Part shown: piece by piece, positions 11,658-22,618 of the stretch
Layout: every line of letters starts with the position of its first letter
Position numbering within the stretch: the first letter of the stretch is position 1
NCBI GenBank assembly: GCA_964224415.1
Contig: CAXQIE010000013.1
Coordinates: 57,198-121,197, forward strand
DNA from: Neptunomonas phycophila
GTDB taxonomy: Bacteria; Pseudomonadota; Alphaproteobacteria; Caulobacterales; Caulobacteraceae
Reading direction: 5' to 3'
Length of the DNA stretch: 64,000 nucleotides
Program-made: the position numbers and the translations under genes
The notes under the pieces: generated by a model
The model's input: the letters and a program-made list of their open reading frames with translations, nothing else
Database searches by the model: none
What the model was told of the DNA's origin: nothing

Positions 11658-13559
11658 ATGATCAGCAACTTCCGCAACTTCGCCAAATCGCCCTGGGCGA
11701 TTGCCATTATCGGGCTGATCGCCGTCAGCTTTTTGATCGTCGGCAACGAAGCGGACATCTTCGCCTCGCTGGGGCCGCGGGATGTGGTCAAGGCCGGCGA
11801 CCGCCGCGTGACCCAGCAGGAATTCCTCGCGGATTTCGACCAGGTGCGCGAAAACTATCAGCAGCAGACCGGTTCGCCAGTCACGGCTGAGGATCTGGTG
11901 GGTCAGAACATCCACATCCGATACCTTGAAGGCAAGACGCAGGAATTGGCCTTCCAGAACTGGGCCCGCCGCGTGGGCATTCGTCCGGGCAAGGAGCTGG
12001 TCCTCAAGCAGATTCGCCAAATCCCCGCCTTCTTCAACCAGATCACTGGCCAATTTGACGAAGAGGCCTATCGCACGGTCCTGCAGGGTGAAAACATGAC
12101 CCCTGCCGATCTTGAGCAGGATCTGACGGACCAGTACGCCCAGAACCACTTCGGCGCGTCGCTGTATGCGGCGGCCCGGGTGCCCCGCATCTATGGCGCC
12201 GTCATCGCCAATGGCGCACTGGAACGCCGCGATGGACGCTGGTTCGCGGTGACCCAGGAAATGGCGGGCACTGCACCCGCCCCGACCGACGCCCAGCTGA
12301 CCGCCTTCATGAACGAGAATGAGGCCCAGCTGCGTCGTCCCGAAACCCGGGTCGCCTCGATCGTCCTGTTCGACAACCCGCCGGGACAGGCCCCCGAGAT
12401 CAGCGAGGAGGCGATCGTGGAGCGCTTCGAGTTCCGCAAGGACTCGCTTTCAATTCCGGAGCGTCGGACCTTTGCCGTCTATCCCGCTGCGAACGCCGAG
12501 GCGGCGCGGCGCATCGCAACGGCCCTGAGGGCGGGCGAGAACCCCGGCGTCGAGCCTACGCCCTACTCCGAAACCCCCCAGAGTGCCGTGCCCGATCCCG
12601 CGGTGGGTGCCGCCGTGTTCGGCCTGTCCGGTCCGGGCGTGTCCGATCCGGTTCAGGCCCGCGTGGGCTTCGCCGTCGTGCAGGTGACGGCCATCCAGCC
12701 CGGCGAGGCCGCGACGCTGGAAGGCGTGCGCGAGGCAATCGTTCAGGAGCTTCAGGCCGAGGCTGCCACGGGCGCGGAATTCGAAAGAGTCGAGCGCTAT
12801 GAAGCTGCCCGCAACAGCGGCATGTCGCTGGAACAGGCCGTCGAGGAGGTCGGCGCCCGGATCATCACCTTGCCTGCCTTCACCGAACAGGGCTTCCGCG
12901 CGGACGGCAGCCAGATCAACGCACCGCCGCAGATATTCGAGACCGCGTGGCGTCTGCCGGAAGGGGGCGTCAGCGACGTCATCGATGCGGGGCAGGGTCA
13001 GTATTTCGTACTGCGTCTTGACGATATCCGCCCGGCCTCCATGCCCGCGCTGGACGATGTGCGTGAGATCCTGGTGCGGGAATGGACCGCCCGTGAAAAC
13101 AGCCGCCTGCTCAGCGCCAAGGCCGAGGAATTGGCCGCCCGTGTCCGGGCCGGTGAGGATATCGCCGACGTCGCCAGTTCGGTCGGGGCCACCCTGATCA
13201 CGCGCGAGAATACGCTTCAGGATCAGGAAACGCAGGAGGCCATCGGTCCGGGCGTGTTGCAGGGCCTGTTCGGTCAGGCCAAGGGGCAGGTCTTTGTCCA
13301 GCCGGCCAGCCAGACAGCCTTTGCCGTGGGTATCGTGGATGATATCCGCGCCTCGGACGTTGCCACGGTCGCGCCGATCGCCGAGCGGGTCCGCCCGCGG
13401 ATCACCCAGGATCTCGTCTCAGGTCTGGGCGACAGCGCCATCGGCTGGACCCAGGTCAATTCCAAGGCCAGCTATGACGTCGGCGCGGCCCGTCAGGCCC
13501 TGGGACTGCCCGAAGAGGCCCCCGCCGCCCCGGCGGGAGCCGCTGCCGGGGCTCAATGA
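11658..13559 (+). CDS. periplasmic chaperone / peptidyl-prolyl isomerase, PpiD-like (SurA N-terminal domain protein)
   Basis: 633 aa. It has an N-terminal membrane anchor (SPWAIAIIGLIAVSFLIVG) and a long helical chaperone region. Its position and size are typical of PpiD. A parvulin signature is not clearly readable by eye. Confidence 0.7.
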   Translation: MISNFRNFAKSPWAIAIIGLIAVSFLIVGNEADIFASLGPRDVVKAGDRRVTQQEFLADFDQVRENYQQQTGSPVTAEDLVGQNIHIRYLEGKTQELAFQNWARRVGIRPGKELVLKQIRQIPAFFNQITGQFDEEAYRTVLQGENMTPADLEQDLTDQYAQNHFGASLYAAARVPRIYGAVIANGALERRDGRWFAVTQEMAGTAPAPTDAQLTAFMNENEAQLRRPETRVASIVLFDNPPGQAPEISEEAIVERFEFRKDSLSIPERRTFAVYPAANAEAARRIATALRAGENPGVEPTPYSETPQSAVPDPAVGAAVFGLSGPGVSDPVQARVGFAVVQVTAIQPGEAATLEGVREAIVQELQAEAATGAEFERVERYEAARNSGMSLEQAVEEVGARIITLPAFTEQGFRADGSQINAPPQIFETAWRLPEGGVSDVIDAGQGQYFVLRLDDIRPASMPALDDVREILVREWTARENSRLLSAKAEELAARVRAGEDIADVASSVGATLITRENTLQDQETQEAIGPGVLQGLFGQAKGQVFVQPASQTAFAVGIVDDIRASDVATVAPIAERVRPRITQDLVSGLGDSAIGWTQVNSKASYDVGAARQALGLPEEAPAAPAGAAAGAQ

Positions 13560-15067
13560 TCGACGAGCGTTCGCCGGTCGATCCGGAGGCCTTTGCCAGC
13601 GCCTGGAATGCGGGCACGCCACAGGTCATCGTCCGTCGCCGGATCGACGATCTGGAGACCCCCGTCTCGGCCTATCTGAAGCTCGGCAAGGGCCGGCCCT
13701 ATGCCTTCCTGCTGGAATCCGTCGAGGGCGGCGCGGTCAAGGGGCGCTATTCGATCCTGACGCTGGATCCCGACGTCGTCTGGCGCTGCAGGGATGGCAA
13801 GGCGGCGCTGGCCCATGGCCCTGATATCGCGACGGACCGGTTTGTCGATGAAGCCGATGACGCCCTGACGTCGCTGCGACGCCTGATGGCCGCCAGCCGC
13901 TTTGAGCTGCCCGCGGACCTGCCGCCCATGGCCGCCGGCCTGTTCGGGGCGTTCGGCTATGACATGGTCCGTCTGCTGGAACCGTTGGGCGAGGCCAATC
14001 CCGACCCGCTGGACCTGCCCGACGCCGTGCTGGCCCGGCCCTCGCTGGTCGCCATCTTCGATTCCGTCAGCCATGAGATCGTGCTGGTCGCCGCAGCCTA
14101 TCCCGACGGGACGACCCCGGCGGATCAGGCCCTGTCGCAGGCCCTCGCCCGGCTGGATGATTTCGAGGCCCGACTGGATCAGGGGCTGTCGCGCCCTCGC
14201 GCCGCGCCTCTGCCCTCCCCCGCGTTTCAGACCCGCGTCGACGGCTCCGCCTATGCCCACATGGTCGATCGGGCCAAACGCTATATCGAGGCGGGCGACA
14301 TCTTTCAGGTGGTGCTCAGCCACCGTCTGTCCGCCGAATGGACGCGCGATCCGTTCGCCTTCTACCGTTCGCTGCGGCGCCAGAACCCCTCGCCCTATCT
14401 GTTCTATCTGAATTTCGGCGGCTTCCAGATGGCGGGCTCCAGCCCCGAAATCCTGGTGCGGCTGAAGGACGGCGGCGTGACCATCCGGCCACTGGCGGGC
14501 ACCCGCGCACGCGGTGGGACCGAGGCCGAGGACCAGCGGCTGGAGGCGGAGCTTCTTGCCGATCCCAAGGAACGGGCCGAGCATCTGATGCTGCTGGATC
14601 TGGGCCGCAACGACGTCGGTCGGGTCAGCCGCCCGGGCAGTGTCACCGTGACCGAGAGCTTCGTCGTCGAACGGTACAGCCAGGTCATGCACATCGTCTC
14701 GAACGTGACCGGCAAGGCCGATCCGAAGCTGGACGCCGTCGACACCCTGCTGGCCGCCCTGCCCGCCGGCACCCTGTCAGGCGCGCCCAAGGTGCGAGCG
14801 ATGGAGATCATCGACGAGCTGGAGACCGAAAAGCGCGGCATCGGCTACGGCGGCGGCGTCGGCTACATCTCCAGCGACGGTCAGGCCGACATCTGTATCG
14901 TGCTCAGAACTGCCCTGTTTACGCCCGGCCAGATCCACGTTCAGGCCGGTGCCGGCGTCGTGGCCGACAGCGATGCGGCCGCCGAATATGCCGAGACCCT
15001 GGCCAAGGCGCGGGCCCCGATGCGCGCAGCGGAAGACGCGTGGCGTTTCGTCTCAGGAAACGACTGA
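13556..15067 (+). CDS. trpE: anthranilate synthase component I
   Basis: LLESVEGG, the GTLSGAPKVRAMEII motif and the chorismate-binding C-terminal domain are present. The start overlaps the ppiD-like stop (ATGA). Confidence 0.95.
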   Translation: MIDERSPVDPEAFASAWNAGTPQVIVRRRIDDLETPVSAYLKLGKGRPYAFLLESVEGGAVKGRYSILTLDPDVVWRCRDGKAALAHGPDIATDRFVDEADDALTSLRRLMAASRFELPADLPPMAAGLFGAFGYDMVRLLEPLGEANPDPLDLPDAVLARPSLVAIFDSVSHEIVLVAAAYPDGTTPADQALSQALARLDDFEARLDQGLSRPRAAPLPSPAFQTRVDGSAYAHMVDRAKRYIEAGDIFQVVLSHRLSAEWTRDPFAFYRSLRRQNPSPYLFYLNFGGFQMAGSSPEILVRLKDGGVTIRPLAGTRARGGTEAEDQRLEAELLADPKERAEHLMLLDLGRNDVGRVSRPGSVTVTESFVVERYSQVMHIVSNVTGKADPKLDAVDTLLAALPAGTLSGAPKVRAMEIIDELETEKRGIGYGGGVGYISSDGQADICIVLRTALFTPGQIHVQAGAGVVADSDAAAEYAETLAKARAPMRAAEDAWRFVSGND

Positions 15068-15253
15068 GGCCGCGGGCGCGGGGTCCTCGAACTGGACGCC
15101 CGGGCCCAGCACAACGGCGCCGGCCATCAGCATCGCCGCCGCCGCCAGCAGGCCCATGGCCGCCAGCGCTCCAATCGCCTGTCGCGCCGCCGGTTTCAGG
15201 GCGTCCCCGTCCAGCAGACGGCGGGCCTCGGCAAGCTTGGGTGTGATATCCAT
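15053..15253 (-). CDS. small hypothetical membrane protein (66 aa)
   Basis: ATG at 15253 has GGGAGG 7 nt upstream. There is one predicted TM segment (AIGALAAMGLLAAAAMLMAGAVVL). It is convergent with trpE and overlaps its 3' end by 15 nt. Confidence 0.4.
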   Translation of the reverse strand: MDITPKLAEARRLLDGDALKPAARQAIGALAAMGLLAAAAMLMAGAVVLGPGVQFEDPAPAASVVS

Positions 15254-15354
15254 GGTCGGGCCTCCCTCTCAGGCCCAGACCAGTCTGATTGGGTTAATGC
15301 GCGGTTTACGTTCCGCCGCTTGGCGCGCGCGTCCCTCCGCTCTAGAAGCCGCTC

Positions 15355-15945
15355 ATGATCCTCGTCATCGACAACTACGACAGCTTCACCTGGAACCTCG
15401 TCCACTATCTGGCGGAGCTGGGCGTGGAGACGCGTGTGGTGCGCAATGACGAGCTGACCGTTGATCAGGCCCTGTCGGCCGGGGCCGAGGCTGTGCTTCT
15501 GTCGCCCGGCCCGTGCTCGCCCAATGAGGCGGGCATCTGTCTGTCGCTGATCGAACAGGCGCCCGCTACCCTGCCGATCCTGGGCGTCTGTCTGGGCCAT
15601 CAGGCCATCGGCCAGATTTTCGGCGGCGAGGTCGTCCGCGCCAAGGCGCTGATGCATGGCAAGACCTCGCCCATCCATCATGAGGGCCAGACCCTGTTTG
15701 CCGGCCTGCCGTCGCCGTTTACCGCCACCCGCTATCATTCGCTGGCCGTGCGCCGCGAAACCCTGCCCGATGTGCTGACCGTCACGGCCTCGACCGAGGA
15801 CGGCGAGATCATGGGCCTCAGCCACGTCAGCCGCCCGATCCACGGCGTCCAATTCCACCCCGAGTCGATCGCCACCGAGCACGGCCACGCCATGCTGGCC
15901 AACTTCCTCGACCTGGCGGGCGTGCGCCGCACACAGGCGGCCTGA
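15355..15945 (+). CDS. trpG: anthranilate synthase component II / aminodeoxychorismate synthase glutamine amidotransferase
   Basis: [19 protein letters not shown], the catalytic Cys in GVCLGHQ, and HPES are present. Confidence 0.9.
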   Translation: MILVIDNYDSFTWNLVHYLAELGVETRVVRNDELTVDQALSAGAEAVLLSPGPCSPNEAGICLSLIEQAPATLPILGVCLGHQAIGQIFGGEVVRAKALMHGKTSPIHHEGQTLFAGLPSPFTATRYHSLAVRRETLPDVLTVTASTEDGEIMGLSHVSRPIHGVQFHPESIATEHGHAMLANFLDLAGVRRTQAA

Positions 15946-15946
15946 G

Positions 15947-16978
15947 ATGTCGGACGGGTTCAAGGGGCTGCTGGCCCAGCTGATCGAGGGCCGCCCGCTG
16001 GCCGGGCCGGACGCCCAGGCCTTCTTCGCCGCCTGTCTCCGGGGTGAGCCCACCCCCGCCCAGGTCGCCGCCGCCGTCACCGCGCTTCGCATGCGCGGCG
16101 AGACGGTTGAGGAGATCGCGGCCTTTGCCACCGCCATGCGCGAGGCGGCGACGCCCTTCCCCGTGCCGTATCCGGTGATCGACACCTGCGGCACGGGCGG
16201 GGACGGACGCCATACCTGGAATGTCTCGACCGCGGCCGCCCTGGTGCTGGCCGGCGCCGGGCTGAAGGTCGCCAAGCACGGCAACCGGGCGCTGAGTTCA
16301 AAGTCCGGCTCGTCCGATGTGCTGGCGGCGCTGGGCGTCGATCTGATGGCGCCTCCCGAGATCCAGCTGCGCGCGCTGGATCAGGCCGGCATCTGCTTCC
16401 TGTTCGCGCCCGCCTATCACGGCGCCATGCGCCACGTGGGCCCGATCCGCTCCGAGATCGGCTTCAGAACCGTCTTCAACCTGTTGGGGCCGCTGTCGAA
16501 CCCGGCAAGCGCCAAGCGTCAGGTCATGGGCGTGTATGACCCCGCCCTGCTGGAACCGCTGGCCGAGGTGCTGGGGCGTCTGGGGGCCGAGCGCGCCTGG
16601 ACCGTCCACGGTGAAGGGCTGGATGAGCTGACCACCACGGGCGTGACCGAGGTCGCGGAGTGGCACAGGGGTGCGGTGCGCCGCTTTACGGTCACCCCCG
16701 AAGACGCCGGCCTGTCGCGCGCCGACCCCGAGGCTCTGGTTGGCGGCGATGCCGAGGCCAATGCCAAGGCTTTGTCCGACCTGCTGGACGGCGCGCCCGG
16801 CGCCTATCGCGACATCGTGCTGCTGAATGCGGCGGCGGCGCTCGTCGTCGCGGACAAGGCGGACACCCTGACCGAGGGCGTGGCGCTGGCGGCCCGGGCC
16901 ATTGACGAGGGCGCCGCGCGGCTGGCCCTGACCCGCCTGTCCGCCATCAGCCACACCCGGCCGGAGCCGGAAGCATGA
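15947..16978 (+). CDS. trpD: anthranilate phosphoribosyltransferase
   Basis: [15 protein letters not shown] and [10 protein letters not shown] motifs are present. Confidence 0.95.
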   Translation: MSDGFKGLLAQLIEGRPLAGPDAQAFFAACLRGEPTPAQVAAAVTALRMRGETVEEIAAFATAMREAATPFPVPYPVIDTCGTGGDGRHTWNVSTAAALVLAGAGLKVAKHGNRALSSKSGSSDVLAALGVDLMAPPEIQLRALDQAGICFLFAPAYHGAMRHVGPIRSEIGFRTVFNLLGPLSNPASAKRQVMGVYDPALLEPLAEVLGRLGAERAWTVHGEGLDELTTTGVTEVAEWHRGAVRRFTVTPEDAGLSRADPEALVGGDAEANAKALSDLLDGAPGAYRDIVLLNAAAALVVADKADTLTEGVALAARAIDEGAARLALTRLSAISHTRPEPEA

Positions 16979-17763
16979 GCGACGTGCTGGACCGGATCGC
17001 CGCCTACAAGCGCGCGGATGTCGCCGCGCGCAAGGCCGCCACATCGCTGGACGAGATCGATCGCGAGGCGCTGGAGGCCCCGCGGGTGCGTGGCTTCAAG
17101 ACCGCCCTTCTGGCCCGCCGGGCCACCGGCCGCCCCGGCCTGATCGCCGAGATCAAGAAGGCCAGCCCGTCCAAGGGCCTGATCCGGGCCGACTTCAACC
17201 CTGTGGAACTGGCGAAGGCCTATGAACGCGGCGGTGCCGACTGTCTGTCGGTGTTGACCGACGGGCCGAGCTTTCAGGGCGATGACGCCTTTCTGGTCGC
17301 GGCACGAGATGCCGTCCGCCTGCCGTGCCTGCGGAAGGATTTCCTCGTCGACCCGTGGCAGGTGGCCGAGAGCCGGGCGCTGGGCGCCGACTGCATCCTG
17401 ATCATCATGGACATGGTCGACGACGCCCTCGCCGCAGACCTGCTGGCCGAGGCCCGCCGGTACGGCATGGATGCCCTGGTCGAGACCCATGACGAGGCCG
17501 AGATGGCCCGTGCGGGCCGGCTGGGCGCCGACCTGATCGGCGTGAACAACCGGTCGCTGCGCACCTTCGAGGTCGACATCACAACCTTCGCCCGCCTGGC
17601 CCCGCTGGCCCCTGAAGGCGCCACCCTGGTCGCCGAAAGCGGCCTGTTCACGCCCGACGACGTCGCCATCGTCGCCCGAGCCGGCGCCGACGCCCTGCTG
17701 GTGGGCGAAAGCCTGATGCGGCAGGCGAATGTGGAGGCGGCGACAAGGGCGTTGATGGGATGA
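16975..17763 (+). CDS. trpC: indole-3-glycerol-phosphate synthase
   Basis: [16 protein letters not shown] and VESGL-type motifs (VAESGL) are present. ATGA overlap with trpD. Confidence 0.95.
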   Translation: MSDVLDRIAAYKRADVAARKAATSLDEIDREALEAPRVRGFKTALLARRATGRPGLIAEIKKASPSKGLIRADFNPVELAKAYERGGADCLSVLTDGPSFQGDDAFLVAARDAVRLPCLRKDFLVDPWQVAESRALGADCILIIMDMVDDALAADLLAEARRYGMDALVETHDEAEMARAGRLGADLIGVNNRSLRTFEVDITTFARLAPLAPEGATLVAESGLFTPDDVAIVARAGADALLVGESLMRQANVEAATRALMG

Positions 17764-18164
17764 CGGTTCGGCAGGCGGCTCTATCGGCCTTGGCTATAAT
17801 GACCGCGACAGTCGGCTGCTCTACGCAGACGCCCCCGCGCGACGACGAACGAGCAGAGGCCGAGTGCGAGGCAAACGCCTCATGTCGGATGGTCTTTTTT
17901 GCCTTTAATGGCTTTCGTGGCGAACGCGCGGAACTCTACGTCGACGAGCAGTTAGCCTACGCTGGCGTTCTGACCACGTCCGATTGGAGCACCGAGTCAT
18001 CCTACACAGCGCGCCTTCCGGTGTCGGACGCTGCCAGGCTCAGACTTATTGTCGACGGAGCGACGATCTACGACCAGCCCCTCACGGGAGACGGCGTGAG
18101 GACGATCTATCTCTCCCCGTCCTCGGTTCGGCAAACTGACCACCCGGGCCCCCTGCTGGACTGA
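17760..18164 (+). CDS. hypothetical lipoprotein (134 aa)
   Basis: ATGA overlap with the trpC stop. The N-terminus [17 protein letters not shown] has a lipobox-like VGC. The region is visibly less GC-rich than its neighbours. I recognise no family. Confidence 0.5.
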   Translation: MTVRQAALSALAIMTATVGCSTQTPPRDDERAEAECEANASCRMVFFAFNGFRGERAELYVDEQLAYAGVLTTSDWSTESSYTARLPVSDAARLRLIVDGATIYDQPLTGDGVRTIYLSPSSVRQTDHPGPLLD

Positions 18165-18190
18165 GCCCCCCGCTAACCGCTCCTTAACCA

Positions 18191-18205
18191 GAACACCTCA
18201 CGAAC
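18191..18205. promoter_or_regulatory. LexA operator (alphaproteobacterial SOS box, GAAC-N7-GAAC) upstream of lexA
   Basis: GAACACCTCACGAAC was read directly from the sequence, 70 nt upstream of the lexA ATG. Confidence 0.75.
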
Positions 18206-18216
18206 ACAGCATGGAC

Positions 18217-18231
18217 GTTCGCGGTGTGTTC
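18217..18231. promoter_or_regulatory. LexA operator (GTTC-N7-GTTC) upstream of lexA
   Basis: GTTCGCGGTGTGTTC was read directly from the sequence, 44 nt upstream of the lexA ATG. Confidence 0.75.
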
Positions 18232-18274
18232 CGCTATTGTCCACAGGCGGAACAGATTCGGGTCAGAGGTCTCC

Positions 18275-18967
18275 ATGCTCACGCGCAAACAGCACGAACT
18301 GCTCATGTTCATTCATGAGCGTATCCGCGAGACCGGGGTTTCGCCCTCCTTTGACGAGATGAAGGCAGCTCTGGATCTGGCGTCCAAATCGGGCATTCAC
18401 CGGCTGATCACGGCGCTGGAGGAGCGCGGCTTCATCCGCCGTCTGGCGCATCGGGCCCGGGCGCTTGAGGTCGTGAAACTGCCGGATCAGGCGGCTGCCC
18501 AGCCGACCCGTGCACGCGGCCCGTTCGTTCCCGATGTCATCGAGGGCGGCGGTCGTCCCGCCGCCAATGCCAATGAGCCGGGCACGCGCGAACTGCCGCT
18601 GCTGGGCAAGATCGCCGCCGGTACACCGATCGCCGCCATCCAGCACGAGCGCGACCGCATGGCGGTGCCCGAAGCCCTGCTGGGCGCCGGGGAACACTAT
18701 CTGCTCGAGATCGAGGGCGATTCGATGATCGAGGCGGGCATCCTGAACGGCGACTATGCCATCATCCGCCAGGTCGACAGCGCCAGCAGCGGCGAGATCG
18801 TCGTGGCCCTGGTCGAAGACGAGGAAGCAACCCTGAAACGCCTGCGCAAGAAGGGCGCCTCGATCGCGCTGGAGCCGGCCAACCGGGCCTATGAGACGCG
18901 CATCTTCGGCCCGGATCAGGTCAAGGTGCAGGGCCGTCTGGTCGGACTGATCCGCCGCTATTCCTGA
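18275..18967 (+). CDS. lexA: LexA repressor
   Basis: [29 protein letters not shown] is the winged-helix N-terminus. The Ser-Lys dyad sits in [12 protein letters not shown] and TLKRLRK. The long linker is typical of alphaproteobacterial LexA. Confidence 0.95.
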   Translation: MLTRKQHELLMFIHERIRETGVSPSFDEMKAALDLASKSGIHRLITALEERGFIRRLAHRARALEVVKLPDQAAAQPTRARGPFVPDVIEGGGRPAANANEPGTRELPLLGKIAAGTPIAAIQHERDRMAVPEALLGAGEHYLLEIEGDSMIEAGILNGDYAIIRQVDSASSGEIVVALVEDEEATLKRLRKKGASIALEPANRAYETRIFGPDQVKVQGRLVGLIRRYS

Positions 18968-21126
18968 TAGTCCGGATCGCCCAGCCGGTTCCAAGGGCGG
19001 TCCCCCCGCGCGGTTGTTGACCACAGGGCGCGCCAGCCGCCCTCTGTGCGCCACAGCTCGACACTGCCGCCGGTCGCATAGTCGCGCCCGTCCAGCACCA
19101 GACGCCCGCTACAGGCCTCAGGCAGGGCGGGCAGCTCGACCCGCACACTGACGACCTCGGCCGATTGACACAGGGCCGCCAGCTGCTCGTCGTCCGGCGC
19201 GCGCCGGCCCCACCACAGGGCCAGCGGGCCCGGTGCGTCGGGCCTGCAGTGGGTGCGCCCGCAGGTCCAGCCCTCCCCTTCCCGATTGACGGCCTCCAGC
19301 CCCCGCCGTCCCGACCAGACGTCCCGCGAAAAAGTGCCGACGCGGCGCATCATCAGGGCCTGATCCCCGGCGATGATGGCCGCATTGGTTCCCGCATCGG
19401 CGATCCACAGGTCCGGCGTCGGATGCCGGGGCCAGACCAGCACCGCGCACGCCAGCGGCAGGCCCAGCCAGCGCAGCCGCCCCCGCCACAGGCAGACGAA
19501 CAGGATGCCGACGAAGGCGACCGGAAGCGCGATCACCGGCGCGCTGGCTGTATGGATGACGGCGCCGGGCAGGCCGGAGGTCCACGAGCCGATGGCCATG
19601 ATGGCTTCGATGCCCCATCCCGCGACCGTCAGGAACGGCCCGCCCAGGCCGACGGGCTGCAGCATGACGCCCAGGGCCAACATGGGCATCATGACGAAGT
19701 CGGCGAGCGGCGAGCTGATCATATTGGCCAGCAGGCCATAGACTGCCGTCCGGTTGAAATGCTGCATGGCGAACGGGCCGGTGGCCATGCCGGCGACGAA
19801 GCTGGCAAGAATGGCCAGTCCGACCCAGGTGCCCGCTCTCTGCACAAGCAGGATGGGCAGGGGCACCTTGATCTCACGCGGTCGGCGCGGCCATGACTCG
19901 GCCAGCGCTACGAGGGCTGCGGTCGCCGCGAACGACATCTGGAAGCCGGGCGTGACGATGGCCTCGGGCTGAAGCAGCAGGACGGCAAAGGCCGCCACGG
20001 CCAGCGCATTCATGCTGATGGCGGGCCGGTCGAGAATGATGGCGAGGAAGGCGACCGAGGCTGTGATCGCCGCCCGCTCGGCCGGCGGCGGCGCGCCCGA
20101 GATGATCAGATAGGCGACGACGGCGATCCAGCCCGCCCAGGCGGCGACCTTCTTGCCCGGTACGCGCAGCACCAGCCACGGCCAGGCCGCTATACCAAAC
20201 CGCACGGCGAAGAAGACGAAGCCGCCCACGATGGCCATGTGCAGGCCCGAGATCGACAGGATGTGGATCAGGCCCGAGTCCCGCATGGTGTCGTAGGTCT
20301 CCTGAGCGATCCAGCTTTCGTGGCCGGTGGTCATCGCCGCCGCCACGCCGCCGACGCGGGGGCCGAGGCGTTCGACCAGCCGCTCGGCCAGTCCAAAGCG
20401 GAACTGGTTGACCGCCATCCGGATGCGCATGGAGCGGGGCGGCGGGGGCAGGTCGATCCAGCGGGTCTGACCCAGTTCGAATCCCACCCCGCCCATGCTC
20501 TGGAACCAGGCCGTCCGGCCAAAGTCATAGGCCCCGGGCGCGGCCGGTCCCGGCGGCGGGTTCAGAATGGCAAAGACGCTGACCGCATCGCCGGGCCGGG
20601 GCACCTCGCCGCGAACGGTGACTCGCAGCCGCATGGGGGTGTCCTCGGGAGCCAGCCCGTGCACACGGACAGGCGCCATGATGATGCGCGCCCCACGCGC
20701 GCCGGGGCTGTCCACGTCCAGCACCCAGCCTTCGACGACCACCGGGTCTGACGTCGCCGGAGCTATGGGGGCCGCGACGTTGTCCGAACGCAGCTTGGTC
20801 ACCGACAGACCCGCGCAGAAGCAGGTCAGCAGCATCAGCGGCACGGTGAGGGCGCGTCCTAAGCCCCGGTGGCGGGCCAGGGCCCACAGGCCGGCAAGGG
20901 TCAGGGCGAGCGGGACCAGCGGCCACAGCGGCGGTTCGGTCGTGAGGACGAAATAGAGGCCGCACCCGCCGCCGAACGCCACGGGGGCCCACAGCCGCCA
21001 ACGATCCGTCTGGGCCAGAAGGGCTTGGCGTGCGCCCTCGACCGCCCGCCCGGCAAATCGCTCTGCCAGGCTGGGCAGCGGCCCCTCAGGGGGTATAAGG
21101 GCGGCCTCTTCCTGAACCTTGGCCAA
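18958..21126 (-). CDS. comEC: ComEC/Rec2-family membrane protein
   Basis: 722 aa and polytopic. It has the ISGLHM motif of the competence domain and lies next to lexA and gltX. Confidence 0.85.
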   Translation of the reverse strand: MAKVQEEAALIPPEGPLPSLAERFAGRAVEGARQALLAQTDRWRLWAPVAFGGGCGLYFVLTTEPPLWPLVPLALTLAGLWALARHRGLGRALTVPLMLLTCFCAGLSVTKLRSDNVAAPIAPATSDPVVVEGWVLDVDSPGARGARIIMAPVRVHGLAPEDTPMRLRVTVRGEVPRPGDAVSVFAILNPPPGPAAPGAYDFGRTAWFQSMGGVGFELGQTRWIDLPPPPRSMRIRMAVNQFRFGLAERLVERLGPRVGGVAAAMTTGHESWIAQETYDTMRDSGLIHILSISGLHMAIVGGFVFFAVRFGIAAWPWLVLRVPGKKVAAWAGWIAVVAYLIISGAPPPAERAAITASVAFLAIILDRPAISMNALAVAAFAVLLLQPEAIVTPGFQMSFAATAALVALAESWPRRPREIKVPLPILLVQRAGTWVGLAILASFVAGMATGPFAMQHFNRTAVYGLLANMISSPLADFVMMPMLALGVMLQPVGLGGPFLTVAGWGIEAIMAIGSWTSGLPGAVIHTASAPVIALPVAFVGILFVCLWRGRLRWLGLPLACAVLVWPRHPTPDLWIADAGTNAAIIAGDQALMMRRVGTFSRDVWSGRRGLEAVNREGEGWTCGRTHCRPDAPGPLALWWGRRAPDDEQLAALCQSAEVVSVRVELPALPEACSGRLVLDGRDYATGGSVELWRTEGGWRALWSTTARGDRPWNRLGDPDYQE

Positions 21127-21137
21127 TCCCGTCCCCC

Positions 21138-22532
21138 TTGACCGATTCCCACGCCCCCACCGACGTCGTCACGCGCTTTGCTCCCTCTCCCACGGGATAC
21201 CTCCACATTGGGGGGGCAAGAACAGCGCTTTTCAACTGGCTTTTTGCCCGGCACCACGACGGGCGGTTCCTGATCCGTGTCGAGGACACCGATCGCGAGC
21301 GCTCGACCGAGGCGGCGGTGAAGGCCATTTTCGACGGCCTGGACTGGCTGGGGCTGACCGCCGACGCGCCGCCCGTCTTCCAGCATTCGCGCGCCGACCG
21401 CCACCGCGAGGTTGTCGAGGTTCTGGTAGAGACTGGCCATGCCTATCGCGACTGGACCTCTACAGAAGAGACCGGTCGCCTGCGCGATGAAGCCAAGGCC
21501 GAAAAGCGCGCCTTCGTCTCACCCTGGCGCGACCGTGACCCGTCCGAAGGCGACCCGGACCAGCCCCACGTCGTACGCTTTCGCCGCCCGATGGAGCAGA
21601 GCGTCGAGATCGCTGACGCCGTCCAGGGCACGGTTCGATGGCGCGCCGAGGACCTCGATGATCTGGTGCTGCTGCGCTCCGACGGAAATCCGACGTATAA
21701 TCTGGCAGTTGTGGCCGACGACCACGACATGGGCGTGACCCACGTCATCCGCGGCGATGACCATCTGAACAATGCCGCACGTCAGGCCCTGATCTATGAC
21801 GCCCTGGGCTGGACCCGCCCGGTGTTCGCCCACATCCCCCTGATCCACGGCCCGGACGGCGCCAAGCTGTCCAAGCGCCACGGGGCCCAGGCCGTCCACC
21901 AATATGCCGACATGGGCTACCTGCCCGAGGCCATGCGCAACTATCTGGCCCGCCTCGGCTGGGCGCACGGCGACGACGAACTGTTCGACGACGCACAGGC
22001 CATCGAATGGTTCGGCCTTTCCGGGATCAACAAGGCTCCGGCCCGGCTGGACTTAGCCAAGCTGGCCCATGTGAACGCCCACTGGATCCGCCAGGCCGAG
22101 GTGTCGCGGCTGGTCGACCTGGTCGCCCGGGACGCGGCCGAAAAGCCCCGCCTGGCCCGCGCCATTCCCCACGTCCGCGACCGGGCCACGACCCTGATCG
22201 AATTGCGCGAACAGGCGGCCTTTGCCCTGATGGATCGCCCGGTGGCGATATCGGACAAGGCACGCGGCCAGTTGACCGGGGAAGCGACCGCACGTCTTTC
22301 GCGTCTGCTCCCCCTGCTCGCGGATCAGGCCGACTGGTCCGCCGATGCGCTTGATTCTACGCTGAAAACCTTTGCCGAGAGCGAGGGCGTCGGCTTTGGC
22401 AAGATCGGCCCGCCGGTGCGCGCGGCCTTGACGGGGGGGGCTGCCTCTCCCGATATCGCCAGTACGTTGGCCTCTTTATCGCGGGAAGACGCCCTCGGTC
22501 GCTTGGATGATGCGCTGCAACATACTAAGTGA
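21138..22532 (+). CDS. gltX: glutamate--tRNA ligase
   Basis: TTG start. RFAPSPTGYLHIGGARTALFN is the HIGH motif and KLSKRHG is the KMSKS motif. Confidence 0.95.
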   Translation: MTDSHAPTDVVTRFAPSPTGYLHIGGARTALFNWLFARHHDGRFLIRVEDTDRERSTEAAVKAIFDGLDWLGLTADAPPVFQHSRADRHREVVEVLVETGHAYRDWTSTEETGRLRDEAKAEKRAFVSPWRDRDPSEGDPDQPHVVRFRRPMEQSVEIADAVQGTVRWRAEDLDDLVLLRSDGNPTYNLAVVADDHDMGVTHVIRGDDHLNNAARQALIYDALGWTRPVFAHIPLIHGPDGAKLSKRHGAQAVHQYADMGYLPEAMRNYLARLGWAHGDDELFDDAQAIEWFGLSGINKAPARLDLAKLAHVNAHWIRQAEVSRLVDLVARDAAEKPRLARAIPHVRDRATTLIELREQAAFALMDRPVAISDKARGQLTGEATARLSRLLPLLADQADWSADALDSTLKTFAESEGVGFGKIGPPVRAALTGGAASPDIASTLASLSREDALGRLDDALQHTK

Positions 22533-22618
22533 ACGGCCTTAACTCATTTGCGGATCGCGGCTCCTAAGCGGTTCGCCCCGGTCGGGGGCACCCGGTCGGC
22601 ATGCACACAGGGACGCAG

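Noticed and set aside
15294-15309. TTAATGCGCGGTTTAC upstream of trpG as a CtrA box (TTAA-N7-TTAA)
   Set aside because: The second half-site is TTTA rather than TTAA, and it is a single imperfect occurrence. The support is insufficient.
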